Positions 10,775-24,467 of a DNA stretch of 64,000 nucleotides are shown here, one piece after another (position 1 is the stretch's first letter; every line of letters begins with the position of its first letter). Both the position numbers and the translations under genes were made by a program. Location: assembly GCA_026023565.1 (NCBI GenBank), contig JAPETS010000040.1, positions 186,001 through 250,000 of the forward strand, in the 5' to 3' direction. A model generated the notes under the pieces. It made no database searches. It worked only from the letters and a program-made list of their open reading frames with translations, and had not been told where the DNA came from. Source of the stretch: Cirrosporium novae-zelandiae (Eukaryota).

Positions 10775-13700
10775 ATGACATCCGCCTTGGCAGCTGGACC
10801 TGCGACGGTCTCTCACGGTAATGCGCCGATGGAGGACCCCTTTCTTAGTCCAAATCCACAGCAGAAGTCGCAGCATCGATACTCCTCCTTCGATGTAAAA
10901 TCATTCACACTAACAAATTCGCCTACGGTGGCGAGAAGAGCACTACAAGCGCATTTAGCAGAGACAGAACGAAGAATAACAGATGCTTCTCAGCTCGGAA
11001 CCTCTCTCGTCCAGCAACGCCAGGAAATTACAGAAAGGCTAAAGGAGATTGAGATACAACAAAACGATGAGCAAATTGGACCTGTACTGAAGCAGAAGCT
11101 GGCCGATCTGGAGAGGGAGTACAATGAAATCAGCCGAGATGCTGCTCGAGCATTCCTTCCGAAAGCGAAATCCACAATATCTGAAAATGATGGTATTTAC
11201 ACAGGATCTTTGATGCTGTCTAGTCAAGCTACAAATTCACCATCCAAGATTAGTGTCCCGTCTCGCAAGCAACGCAATCAGCCTTCCAATCGTGTTCATG
11301 ACATTGAATTCGCAACGGAGATCAGCACATCCCTCCTTGCTCAGGTTCGACAACTTCAAGCTTTGTTAGCTGAGAAGGATGAAGCTTTGAAAGCGGTCAC
11401 TCTAGAAAAGTCAAGGCTGGAGCTAGACGCCGAGGGGTTTTCCCAGCGGCTACGAACTCTAGATGAGAGCGAGCAGCGTTACAAAGATGAGAACTGGAAC
11501 CTCGAGACTCAGACGCATGAACTTATGGCCTCTCTAAAGGAGGCTAATGAGCGCGAACAGAAGCTGATTAACTCTCTCAAGACTGCAACTGAAGATAAAA
11601 CTAGTGCTCTCAAGGATTTGGATGAGCTGAAGCAAACCCATGGAAAACTTCTCGAAGAGAAGGAAAGCTCACAGAAACACAATGAGACTGAATTTATGTC
11701 GATGAGAAAGCACATGACTGCAACTGATAAAGAACGATTTGAGCTACAGCGAACTGTCGAGGACTTGAAAAACCAGAACGAACATCTTGCAAAAGCAGTG
11801 GCTACTCGTTTTAGAGAGGCGGAATCAGATGCTCCTCGTGAACGTTCTACGGACAACGAAGACCTGATTGATGATGATGGTACTATAGATAACTCGCCTT
11901 TAGTGTCTCCAATCAAGGGTACCCCTAGGCACAACATGTTGGAGTCAGAGACCCTTAAAAGTTCTCTTCATCATGCTCATCGGATGATCCAAAACCTCAA
12001 AAGCAACATCACCCGAGAAAAATCGGAAAAATTTGAATTGAAACGCATGCTGCAAGAAGCCCGGGACGAGCTCGATATACGCCGTGGCGAGGCAGCCCGC
12101 GCTCCAGGTAGTGCTACCAAACAACGCCAGAGGGCAAAGTCCATATTAGACAACTTCAAGAAGCCTATCAAGCCCAGCATGCTAGGTGCTGTTAGGTCCC
12201 CTAAGACCAATATAGTTTCTGATGAACCTGAATGGGAAGACCATGTTGAAGAGCAGAGCCCAACCAGGGGACCCGCAGCACGTCTTTTCGCCGCAGATCC
12301 AACACTCAACAGCAAATTTACAACAGATGTCAGTTCTGCGTACCAGACTGCGAATGAGACTGAAGCCGGAGAAAGTTATCAGACTGCCAACGAGACTGAA
12401 GCCGAAGCGTTTGAAACCGCGCATGAGCCAGAAACTACTGAGAGCGAAGCTTTCCAGACCGGGGCTGAGCACTTATCTGATGATAGCGAAGAGCTTACCG
12501 AAACAGAGCACAAAACTCCTCAACGTGATACAATCCGGGCCCGAAGACCCTCTCCTTTCATTGCTATAAAACCCGGTGACCGCAATTCCTTCTTGAGCAC
12601 CGCGTCCACATCTGACGGCGAGGAAGGCGCTCACACTCTGATGACGCCTATACAAATGCATCCTCCAAGGTACAAGTTAAGAATGAGCCGTGGGATAATG
12701 TCTCGACGACCAAGAATTGCTAGCGGTGACCACCATAGTCTTCTTTTTGGTAATAATTTGTCTTCCGCAAAAGCTTCCCCCGCAAGCATTACTAGCAGAC
12801 GCAGTTCTAATGCTCTAACTGGTCAAAGCCTGTTTGCCGAGTTAGGCGAATTAAATGCTGGAGATAGTGGAGACGAGTGTATTGGTACACCTGCAAGATC
12901 GAACGTCGCTTCTCAGAAGTCTTTCCCTACAACCCCTACCTCAAGGCCAGGCACAGCTCGAAGGAACCTATCTTCAATGGAGTATCCAGTACCACCATTG
13001 CCAAAGGCCGCGATGGTTGATTCAGGCATGATGACAGAGCCATGGGAGCCATCACCAAAGGTTTTCATGAGTGATGCCTCAGTAACCGCCCAATCTCCTA
13101 TGAGTGATACATCAACTTTCGTTGAACCCCCGACGAATAGCCCATCTTCCGATACTATGAAACGAATAGTGCGCGACGCATTCGTATCAACTGAAGCTCC
13201 AAAACCCTTAATGGTTAATGCTTCCACGTCTGCTGCTCCTAGACCAACAATGGCTGATGCCTCTGTTTTCGCGGAGACTCCTAAGACCCCTAAACCAACA
13301 ATGGCCGACGCTTCGGTATTTGCAGGGTCGCCTAAGCGAGCGGTTGCTGATGCTTCTGTTTCTGCTGAAGCTCCTAAGCCTTTAATGGTGGACGCATCAG
13401 TCTTTGCGGAGGAAGCACCCAGAGAAATTCCAGTTGCACTACAGTCTGTTAGTATACCAAAAGTAGAATATGTCGATTCTGCATGTCAATATGTTCTAGA
13501 AGAACACGATCTTCCTGTTCTCAACAGCTCGGCGACACAGGTTGTGGTGGACGAAGACGCAGTGCCAGAAGAAGCTGCCCCTGTACCAAAACTAGAGTAT
13601 ACCGCCTCTGCGAGCCAGACTATCCCAGAAGAAAGGAATGTCCCAGTTGTTTCTGATGTTGGCACACAAATGCTGGCTTATTCGCAGATGGAACAAGCTG

Positions 13701-15718
13701 CTCAAACTGTGAGCTTCAAGTATCTAGATTCTACAAGCCAGACTACCCCAGAACCGAAGATCATTCCGAGACTGAGTGACGTCGGCACACAATATAGTCC
13801 CCAAGAAGAAGTAAAGCCTCTGCCACCAGTCCTTAGCATTATACCCCCCTCAAAAGCCGCACCATCGTCGTCAGGAGATGTCCCAACTTCTTCAGAAGAG
13901 TGCAAGGAGGATGATACACCAAAGGCTACTGCCGCATCCACCATCCTCGGCTCCGTTTTTGGTTGGAATAAGTCTAAAGCCACACCGGGTGTTCAGATCG
14001 CTGAAGACAGTCCGAATTCAGAACCAGAAGGGCGGCCACAAACATCTCGGAGAGATATGAAATCACCTCTAGGCGACATTTCAGGGAACGCTACACTACG
14101 TGCACAGGCTAACCCCGGTCGACAAGCGAAAGCAAGGTCCGAAATATCCGATCGTAGTTCCCAGACTATCCTGTCCTCACAACAGATTGATAAGATTCTC
14201 ATGGATAATGCCAAGAACTCTTTAGCTGCAACCGCCAATCAAAAAGCAAAGAGTAAAGAGATTGCAAGACCTATTGTGGCTGAAGCTACAGCAAGTCCTT
14301 CAAGACCCTGGTCTTCACGAAACACAACTGCTAGCGCCCAAACTACTCTCACCATACCCGAAGAGCCGCAACTTTCTTCTCTCCCCGTCAAACGACCCGG
14401 AAGTGCCAACAGCTTACATGTTAACTCCGCTAGCTATCCGCCATTACCAGCAGACCACAAGCAAGCCATTGCAGCTGCGCAGAGAGCTCCAACCCCTGAG
14501 TTTCATCAGAGCAACATGGGACCACCACTCGCTCCTGCATCGGCTTACCGCCTCACCCCGGTGAGACCACGGACGCCAAACGAGCAAGTCGTCTCAACTC
14601 CGCCTAGGGGCGGTACTACACCCAGAGCGAGATACTCTAGAAGTCAACCCACATCACGTCTGTCAAGACGATCATCTGTATCATCATTTGCATCCGAGCT
14701 TGATGAACGTTTCAATATCCGGCCTGATTTGCAAATACCTCAAGGGCTTCCAGTGAACACTGATCCTCGTATGATTCAAGCCATTACTCAGACTATGATT
14801 GGAGAATATCTCTGGAAATATACAAGAAAGGCAGGTCGTGGAGAGATGTCGGCTAACCGTCATCGTCGCTTCTTCTGGGTTCATCCTTATACTCGCACCC
14901 TATACTGGAGCGATCGAGATCCATCTACTGCAGGCCGAGCTGAACTCAAAGCAAAGAGCGTTGCTATCGAGGCTGTTCGTGTCATCACAGACGACAATCC
15001 AATGCCACCTGGTCTACACCGCAAGAGCTTGATCGTTATTACACCCGGTCGAACTGTCAAATTTACTGCCACGACGGGCCAGCGCCATGAAACTTGGTTC
15101 AATGCCCTTTCCTACCTACTTCTTCGGACAAATGATCAAGCAGAAGAAGACATTATTGACACCACCCACCAGCTAACTTCGGAAGATGTTGATGAATTCA
15201 ACCCTGGATACGCTCGTAGCAAAACCCCAAATTCCCATCGCCAGTCCCTCTCTTCATACAACAGCCACGCCACCAACAGAAAAAGAGCGTCTTCTATGGC
15301 GCCCCGTAATTCGCATCAAGATAGTACAGCTTCCTCGATGGCTAGCCGACACCCGACTCAGCGGTCAATATCTCGCTTGAGCAATATGTTCCGAGGCTCA
15401 TTTTCGAGTAGAAGGAGTAGAATTAGCGGGATGGAAGCAGTGACAATGGACAGTAGTATTTATGAAGCGAGCTTGGTTCATGATAGCACAGAGGATATAA
15501 ATCAAGAGATAGAGACTCCAGAGGGAGATCCGGACAAGTTGGAAAACGTGAGGGCTTGCTGTGATGGTTAGTATTTCCCTCTCCCTTGTATCTTCTCACT
15601 TTCTATTAAATGGATGAATGACTGACGGTGAACAGGTCGACATGACGTCTCATCATTAGCAAGGAGAGGCGGCAAAAGTGGCAATAGCCACTCAAGCCGG
15701 CACTCGCATAATCACTAG
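10775..15718 (+). CDS. apsA: Nuclear migration / cortical dynein anchor ApsA (Num1/Mcp5 family); exons 10775-15566 and 15636-15718
   Basis: N-terminal coiled coil with NRVHDIEFATEIS and Mcp5-type PH domain (DPRMIQAITQTMIGEYLWKYTR..RHRRFFWVHPY). The intron GTTAGT..CTGAC..CAG restores ENVRACCDGRHDVS. Confidence 0.93.
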
Positions 15719-18144
15719 GCTTTTCTCCGGTGTCTCTTCAATTTCAAATCAAATTTATTCTATTGGACGAGGCGTAGTTCGATGAAATGATTCGACTCTT
15801 CTCTGTATTGCTGCTATTGATACCAACATCAGACCTCACTCTCTTCATCTCCTCGGTATTGTGGTGAAATATTGCGTGGCGACGCCTAGGCATTGGTATG
15901 TACGAATGGACATAATGTGGTAGTTTTGCTTGTGCGACTGGTGACTATCATTAACGGCCGTTTGCGATTTCTTCGGTAGAGGCGTGGATGTGGTTTTGGA
16001 TTTTTCCCTCTCCCAGCCAACCCTTATTTTTATATGGTTGTGCGACAGTGGGATCGGGGCTGGAGTGGGGATGGTGGGGATCTTCGTTATCCTATTAGCT
16101 TGATCCAGGCGGGCTTTTTTTTTGGAGGGAGAAACCTGTTTTTACGGTTTGAAATTTCCGGGTGATTTTGTGTCTTTTTCTCAACACCATTGAAATTGAC
16201 CATGACGAATTCTTTTTTTCTTTGTTTAATATTCTACCTCGATTCCCCCTAATTTTTTTTGCTACTAGCGTTTTTTCTCTCTCTTTCAAGCCTATCTATT
16301 CTCGGGCGTACGCACGTGTATGTACGGGGGAGGGGAAGGGGGGGTGTGGCTTCTTTTTTTTTCTTTCCTTTTTTTTCAAATAGAGAAGGAAGAGGAAGAG
16401 GAAAAAGAAGCAGGACCAAGTGAGACCCACGACCTCATCACTACTATCGTTTTGTGTTTCTTGCCTTTGTCTATCATCAGAGCGTTGATATTCATCACTC
16501 ATCATCACGAACATCACCATCACTATCATCATCTCGTCATCATCATCAACAACAACATCATTATCATAGCTTCAAAAAACTTGAAACGGATCTCCTTTGT
16601 GAATTGAACCTGTGTGTGTGGGAAAACCCAAAAACATCCTCACCTACCACCCTCGTTTTAAAAAAATGGAATGGATTTGAAAAGAAACAGCCAGAACATA
16701 TTATTTTTTTTACCTATTCTACCCACCTACTTGGTGTCAAAACTCACACATGCACACACACTCTCCTGTTAACTTACTTGCTACTAAGGGTGGTAAATTA
16801 GGCAATTACATACATAGTATAGGTATTTTTAGGGGATTTTACTACTGGTACTATTACTTACTTAGGGCCAAAAACCTTGGCAATTAAAAAAAGAAAAAAG
16901 CAAAAAAAAACACAAGACAAACACGTGTGCGCAAACTATAGGGATTTAATTGTTCATGAGATATAAAATGTAAGTAAGATATAAAATTCGAGAACTGGGA
17001 ATCGAGTGTATCCCCTATCCCCCTTCATAAAAGAGAAGGGAGGGAGAGAGGAATCTCTAGATTCTCGAAAAGCTTTAATACCTTTTTTCTTAGTAAAGGA
17101 GCGGATGAGTGAATGGGTGGGATGGTATGATATACTCACCTCATCTACTTTGGTTACCATTCCTAGCTAGGTAGCTAACCACTCCAAGTCTAACATACCA
17201 CGCTCCCACCTCCCCCCTCCCCCCTCTAAAACATCAAAAGAAACCCTAAAAAGAAACATCCAAAAAAGGAAATACAGACATAATAGAATACTACCAACCG
17301 CACACATCATCCACACCCGTATTCTCAGTCGATCACAAGACTAAACAAATAAGTATGCCTCAGGCAAGGTGGGTGGGGTGGACGGTTTCACAATTAGTAT
17401 CACAACCGGAATTACAACTCATATACTGCGGCGATGGTTGTGATAATGGTGATGGTGATGGCGATGGTGATTATGATTTCGAGTTCGAGTTCGAGTTTGA
17501 GTTCGGGTGAAAGGTCGGATAAAGGAATATAAAATAAGATAAGACGCTTGCTGATGTGGTGATGTGAGGGAGGAGGGGGGAGGAGGATAGGAAACGGGAA
17601 TGAGATTTATTTATAGGAAGGGAGGGAAGGAGGAAAATATAGATATAGGATATTATTTAGGGGGTTTGTGGGGGTTGGGTATGGTGTATGTTTGGTTGGT
17701 CGTAGAGGTGGTATATAGGGATTTAGAATGCGGCTAATGGTCTATTGACCAAAAGGAAGGTTTATCAACGCATAGCTAGTTAAGAACATTAAGCCGTCCC
17801 GTCCTGGGAAGGCTCTAAATAGAGCTGAGGACTGTATCTAGGAATGACTAACATTACTTGCTTACTCGCCTTGGTTCCGAATATCTTGCTAACTAAATTC
17901 TCGTAAAATTATCTCCCTGTCTGGACTCAGAATTAATAAATGTTAATGAGTCAAAAAGTTAACTCAAAAGATCCAAGGAAAATCCCATAGGGTAATCAGC
18001 ACTGTTATTGATATTATTAATATTATCGGACCTTTGAATAATCAAAAAAGGTTCCCAACTCGTCATGTTCGTCAAACAACTTAGACCCACTGGAGGGTAA
18101 AGCCTTACCACTAGGTCCCAGATGCTGTGATGCTTTGGAAATGA

Positions 18145-19765
18145 TCAAGCCAATAACTGGCAGTAATTCGCTGGAAAACTCCCCTTAACACCTCTCAGTT
18201 CTCCTTCCCACCACTCGTCTGTACTCTCCGTCTTTTTGAGCACTTTGATTCGGTCCCCTTCGCGAAATTCCAGATCTCCAGCCCCTTGTCCCGCAAAATC
18301 ATATAGTGCTTTGACCCAAATTCCCTGACTTGATGGACTTCTTGGTGGAGGTGGGGGTGGTTTCTTTTTCTGTGAAATCGCTGACGAAATAGAAGAGGAA
18401 GAGGGCATGCGGTCTCGAGCAAAATAATCTGTATTGGGGCCAGCTGGAGAAAAGGACATGACATGGGAATTTTGACGTGATACAGGTGTAAGATAGTCGG
18501 TTTGCGGTTCGGACCAAGTAACGCTTTCTACTTCATCATTTGCGGCAGAAGATGCCATTGCCGTTGAGGCGACAGAAGGTGTTCTTGACACGGGATACAG
18601 CTGTGGCGATGGTGGCGGTAACGATCGTCCAGGCGACACGGCTGGTTTGCCAGATTGAATCCGGTTCTGCTGTTAGTGTTAGCCTTTTATTTCGGGCGTC
18701 CTTGTAAAAAATGCTCCGAATGAACTAATGAACAAGGTGTCTTACGGTAGATGGTCGCCTCACAGTCGTTCCATCTTCCAGATGCATTGGCTGTCTAACG
18801 GCCTTCCCATTTGCTATACAGGAAATACCCTTTTCAATTTGTTCTTGCACCGGATAGTATTCGGCTTTCCAAGTTAATATGACATCTTCCATAGGTGGAG
18901 GGGGAGAGGGGAAGCCTTCCTCCTCACAAAAGTTGTGGAACAGAGTATAGTATTGAGCCAGAATGGTGTTCTGGGCTACAATCTGCGCCGTGAGGAGCGA
19001 GGGCAATAAATTGAAGGCACCTGTAATAATTTTGGGCAGCACAGCTCGAAGAGTGTCGTCTATAGCATTGTATTCATCTGTTACTTTGGCAAGATCCTGC
19101 TCAGCCTTTGTTACGGCAGATGGATCCTTGGATCCTTTTTTCCTTGCGGCATCAACGCGCCCCTGGTATCGATCATGGTCCAACTTGTTTTTGGTCAGTC
19201 ATCAAGTATAGTCCTTATGGAATATGAACCTTGCCTTTTTATTCTCCCGTTTCTTAATAGACTTCTTAAGCGGATGAAGATGGTTTTTTGCCTCTGTTGC
19301 TGGGTTAATAATTTGAATTTCGACCGAGTTTAGTTCCCCCATCAAATCCTGCTTGAGCTCTTCACAGATACCATAGAGATTCTCTATCCTTTGCAATTGT
19401 TCAGGAGATGTAAGGACTGCTTCGTGGCTACTGCCATGCTCGGGTGCGGCACCGACTATAGGAGCATATATAGTACGGAATTCGTTCACTACTCGGTGTT
19501 GGACGGTCAAAATAGCAATCCATGATTCGCGCCATGCTTTGGTGGACTCGATAATCTACACATTGAATAAATAATTAGCGTGATCTGGAGGAGAAGCTTG
19601 AAAAGCCTTTGAACGAAGGCACTATAACAATAATTTTGAGACTACCCGACTTACTTTCGCCAACATCTTATCGGCATTTTCGAATTCTTGCAGTAAAACA
19701 GTAATTTGACTGTCGTCAGCAGCTCTTGGGCGCAACTTGCCAAAGCCTCGTTGCATGCGCTGCAT
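18145..19765 (-). CDS. BAR + SH3 domain protein (amphiphysin/Rvs167-like family); exons 19765-19655, 19555-19235, 19183-18746, ~18669-18145
   Basis: Helical BAR region (IIESTKAWRESW..KKRENKKLDHDRY), poly-Pro linker and C-terminal SH3 (ALYDFAGQGAGDLEF..WWEGEL..GSFPANY). Exon phases are consistent. Confidence 0.88.
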
Positions 19766-20627
19766 GGTGAATTGAAAGGAGTGTAGTGGTAATGAGAGTC
19801 GAATAAGTCAATAGTTCATGAAAATAAGACAGCCAAAAGAGCCAAGGCTGTAGATAGACAATATAGGAATTGCACGAGGACAGAGTATTTCGTATTACAG
19901 AGAAAAGAAGAGGTTGAGTAGAGGTTGAGTGGAGGTTGAGTGAAGTCAAGGGTACTATGTAGAAAGTTATGTTAAGGATGAAAGGGTACGTATGAATTGG
20001 CTATTCGTATTGATGGTATCCCTGAATTTTAGCTGCACTGGCAATGGCTGTCTAAGCCCGGCCAAGATGAAGAGAGAGCCTTTGCTTTAAGTTGCAAGGC
20101 GTATCGAGCGGCTGTCAAGGATCTTGTCAAGGAAACTATCCGCAACCAGTTTCAGACCCTGAGAGTTAATGATAATTATATCCTACCATCATTGGGTATT
20201 GACCATTGTTCATCCCCAACATGAAGGAAAGAGAGAGACTGTTATCAAGTTCGTAATGTATTGAAATGTATTTTAAAATGTATTGGGGATGTAATAGCCT
20301 TGGTTATAACGTACACAATACACGAATGATTCGTATGAACGACAATGAAGGTAAAATGACGTGTGATGACCAAAGTGACACGACTTCGAAACAAGGGCGT
20401 CTACCAGTCAAGTGGGGATGTTGAGTTAAGCGATGGAGGGGAAGCTTTTCAGCCTTTTACTAATAAATAGTTAGGGGGAATTATACCACTAGATAAAGAC
20501 AATTTACAAGAAGTCGAGTTTTAAAAATTACCATTCTACGGCTCATACCAAGCCAAGTAAAGAGCATGAGGAGCCACAGAGCCAAGAAAAACTCATAAAA
20601 TGTCTCTGGCCAGACCCTGCCCCATAT

Positions 20628-20655
20628 CACGTGCCATCGCGTTAAACACGCGCGT
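20628..20655. promoter_or_regulatory. CACGTG plus MCB-like CGCGT / ACGCGCGT cluster upstream of the DUF2439 gene
   Basis: Motifs seen directly about 170-200 bp upstream of a DNA-repair-type gene. The MBF/MCB role is inferred. Confidence 0.35.
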
Positions 20656-20826
20656 CTGCTATCTAGCGATAACAAACCTCTGAGTCCGAAGGTGTAGGGA
20701 ACATACAATCAATTAAACACCCCATATTTGTCTAATAATCTCTACCCGAGAAACACCTCTCAGTTATTCATGTATACCGTGAACCGATCATGATAATGAC
20801 ACTTTGGAGATGCAAGCATCTGTGCC

Positions 20827-22890
20827 ATGACTTCATCAACTCTCCTCCGAAGCACTCCAGGCTTCACCGTTCCCCCCACCCAGAACACCGCCCCTGTCCT
20901 CGAATTTCGATGTCTCTATACCCATGACCTTGTACGCAAACAAAAGAGGTGGCAGGATGGCTTTCTTACCTTTCATACATTCAACAAGAGACTCATGGTC
21001 TATGATGAGAGGAGGAATTACATCGGTGATAGTCATTGTAGAGACGAGTCAGGTGTTCAGGATGGTGATGAGTTAGAACTGGATAAAGGAGTTTTGGTCC
21101 AAGTTCAAGAAGAAGTCAGAAAAACCGAGACCGATATATCGGAATTATTTGAAAAACGCAAGGCAGGCCGTCAATCTCATTCCAAAGCACTACCATCTGG
21201 TCCTACACCAACTAGCTCACTCGCACCAAAGTCCCTGAGTCAAGTGCTTGGAACACCGCGTGGACGTCTTGGAAGAGCTTGCTTACCTTCAAAATCCCCT
21301 TTCCAATTGCGACACGAGGTTTTACAACCTCCATCATTTCAAGAGCGACCAGCAAAACGACAGAGACTTGATACTAGAACGGAAAATATCACACCTAAGA
21401 GTGCGACTATTACTAGTCAAGCTAAACCTAGTATCATTCAGGGCGGAAATGCCAGAATAAACCCATTTTCGTCAGCGACGACATCCTTAGCCAATCCCGG
21501 GTTCGCTTCCAACGCTGAGTCTCATCAGCAAGAGGAAGACTTGGATATCGAACGAGAGCCATCTCCTCGTAAAGTCGCTAGATCTAGGGAGAAGAAACAA
21601 GTGCAAGGTTCACCAACCACACGAACAAAATCTTCTATAAAGCCTGCCAAAATTAGACGGAAAGATCCAATTCAAAAGAAACGACCTGCTCGTCAGCAAA
21701 CCCCCCAAGAAGAGACTCCTATAGTTGATCTCTGTTCGCCTCCAGTGAGCACAACAAATCGCTTACCTCCCGTCTCAGGCTCACTTATTGATCCAAATCT
21801 CATTGATCACAATGAAACACTCCAGAATGCTGAGAAAGCTGCTCCAGCGGGAAGAGAGGAACGCCGTCTCAACATCCTCCAAATGGCACACCACAAACCT
21901 CGTAGAAAACTTATGTACAGAGCTTTACTACCAACCTCTATTTCATCTATAAATCAACCATTGTCAAATCCGTCGAGACTTGACGCTATCATAGAACCTA
22001 AACTTGAGGATGAACCTAAAGATGAGCCTGAAGATAGTATTATTAGCAAGTTCCAGTGTGCCCAACAAGCTCGCATCAAAGCTCGATTAGAAAAAGCAAA
22101 CCAGAGAAATAATAACCAGAGACGCCAACTGCCGAAATCTATGCAACTGTCACCGACTAAAGATAGCAATCCCGCACCTGAAACAGATAACAGCCTTTTC
22201 TTCCCAGGTACACAACGTCCTCATGCTCATCACGAGATACTCTTCTCGTCGCTATTTTCCGATGACCTGATCGCATCTCCACCACAATCGCCACGCCTAT
22301 CTTCTCCTTCACCACAGTCACCCAAACCTACACTCTCCGGTATAAAAAACGACACCGCAGGCCCCTTTACACTAATTTCACCACCGAGACCTCCAACCTC
22401 TCGGCCTTTAGACCATCCCCCTCTCGCACATGTAGCGAAGCCAGCGCTTCCCACCGTCCAAGGGCCTCCCGCAACCACCTATGTCCCATGCTCACCACCC
22501 ATGGTATTGGACTCTGCCCCCCTATTCCACTCACGCATATCAAAACCTACCCTCCCACCCATACCACGAAAAAAACAACCCCCTCTATCCCATCTATCTA
22601 ATCCACAACCACAACTACAACCCCACCCCATGCCACGACATCCCTCCCCTCCCACCCCGGCTTCCGTTCCAGCACCACCACAAGAACCATCCCGCCGAAA
22701 ATCCACCCGTATCCAAACCTCTATTTCCGATACGACGGCCTCGACCACGACGGTGCAAAAGCAGAAAGAAAAGACAAAAGACCTAGGTCCCTGGAGCGCA
22801 GAGGCTTTTGATTTATTTGGGAAGCCACCGAGAGGGAGGGAGGGGTTGTTTGCGAAGTATATGAGGGATGATGATGATAATGATGAATGA
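20827..22890 (+). CDS. DUF2439 (ZGRF1 N-terminal / Mte1-like) domain protein
   Basis: N-terminal EFRCLYTHDLVRKQKRWQDGFL..FHTFNKRLMVYDE..GDELELDKGVLVQV, disordered Pro-rich body and C-terminal GPWSAEAFDLF. Confidence 0.88.
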   Translation: MTSSTLLRSTPGFTVPPTQNTAPVLEFRCLYTHDLVRKQKRWQDGFLTFHTFNKRLMVYDERRNYIGDSHCRDESGVQDGDELELDKGVLVQVQEEVRKTETDISELFEKRKAGRQSHSKALPSGPTPTSSLAPKSLSQVLGTPRGRLGRACLPSKSPFQLRHEVLQPPSFQERPAKRQRLDTRTENITPKSATITSQAKPSIIQGGNARINPFSSATTSLANPGFASNAESHQQEEDLDIEREPSPRKVARSREKKQVQGSPTTRTKSSIKPAKIRRKDPIQKKRPARQQTPQEETPIVDLCSPPVSTTNRLPPVSGSLIDPNLIDHNETLQNAEKAAPAGREERRLNILQMAHHKPRRKLMYRALLPTSISSINQPLSNPSRLDAIIEPKLEDEPKDEPEDSIISKFQCAQQARIKARLEKANQRNNNQRRQLPKSMQLSPTKDSNPAPETDNSLFFPGTQRPHAHHEILFSSLFSDDLIASPPQSPRLSSPSPQSPKPTLSGIKNDTAGPFTLISPPRPPTSRPLDHPPLAHVAKPALPTVQGPPATTYVPCSPPMVLDSAPLFHSRISKPTLPPIPRKKQPPLSHLSNPQPQLQPHPMPRHPSPPTPASVPAPPQEPSRRKSTRIQTSISDTTASTTTVQKQKEKTKDLGPWSAEAFDLFGKPPRGREGLFAKYMRDDDDNDE

Positions 22891-24467
22891 TGGCATCATG
22901 TGTAGGGGAGACTCCTTTTGCTTATTTGGCTACTGGGATATATTGGAAATCCGAGTCATTGTGCTTGTTTGCTTCCTTGTTGGTATCATTATTAGGATTG
23001 ACTGCACCAAGGTATGTATTGCATGAATAATGCACCCACACCCGCCTACCGGCAAGGCTCAAGCAAGCTCAAACAAGAAAGGGAAGAGAAAAGCCTTTCT
23101 ACATTCTACAGTCTATATTCCATCAAGTAACTAATATTTATAAATTCCAAACCCGATAACGAATAAAAGGAAGCAATCCAAGATTCAAAAGGCCTTTATC
23201 CATTCCTTCCATTGACATTAACATGAAGATAAACATAAACTAAAAACTAACTATTTACTAAATGGGAGGCTTAAATTACTGTTTAAGTCTTGATGGATCA
23301 TAGCATACAAAAAGGATGATATTATGAGCCCATTAGACACTACATTCAGGTAACACCCATTATTACTCATCCTAGCTCTTAGCTTATTATATAAGGCTTG
23401 TGTTACGGGGGAAGGAACTGCTAAGAAAAGAGGAAAAGCACTAATATCACATGTGTAGCAAATAAACCATAAACAGGAGAGAGAATCCTGAGAAGAATAA
23501 CAATGAGATTCTATATCAGCTTGGAAGGAGGGGAAGTGTTACAACCGCTATGGAATAGGGGCTCTTTGTCTATCTAGGCTCGCTAGAATCTTCTAGGGCT
23601 TACCCAATGAGGCCAGCTGCATGTAGCCTCTAGCAATCCGTAACAAGAAACATCTACTGCCGCCATTGGCATGAAATCTGAGCAAAGGGAGAGAAGTAAG
23701 CAAATAATATACAAAGAGATTGAGGAGAACTAAGGTAGATACCTACATAGAAATAAAATAGGTGTTAAGGTATGAAGAAACTATAGTCCAGTCATTCCCT
23801 ACTTTCTATTAGATTGATCTCTTTGTTGATCACTGATGTACCCAGCCGGGGTGTTACCAGAATTCGTATAAAAGACTCAGACCCTCCCTCACTGGTTTCC
23901 CTCTCCTTTTTTCTCCCTAACTCAACCGTACAATCATCCATCATCCATCGGCAAACAACCCCATCAGATCCCCTTTTCCTTCCTTCCCCTTCTCCCCATA
24001 GCCCTGTTCACTGTTGTACACGAGAGATGCTAGCTAACGTGATCTGACTTCAAGTACGCCGACCGAGTTTAGGTGCACTGTCTGCCTCGTCGTGGGCCGG
24101 GTGGCTCGGTGAAGTGAGATAACGGTGAAAAAGTGCGTTCTGTCGTCTGCCTCATCATGGATCGGATGGGTTCGAAAAAATTGCGGTCTAATGTCGCTGT
24201 CGTCAGCCTTATCATGGGCAAGACAAAATTTCTTTTTGAAAAACGGTACAGTACAGAAAAAAAAACAAGTAAATTGATACAAAAAAAAACAAGATAATAC
24301 AAAAACCAAAGAACCAAAATAATACAAAAAAATAAAAATAAAAACAAGTTTATAAAGAGTGAGAAAACACCACAAGACATGGTATTCAGGGTTTCAGATA
24401 TTATATTAACTTACCTTCAAAAAAAACCACAATCAATAAGTGGCACTCGGTAAGTGCAATCCCTCAA

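Noticed and set aside
20445..20470. U5 snRNA loop I-like GCCTTTTAC
   Set aside because: No flanking stem or recognisable U5 body.
24094..24190. tRNA-like look (TGGCTCGGT A-box-like, GGTTCGAA B-box-like)
   Set aside because: The T-arm and acceptor stem do not pair, so no cloverleaf forms.
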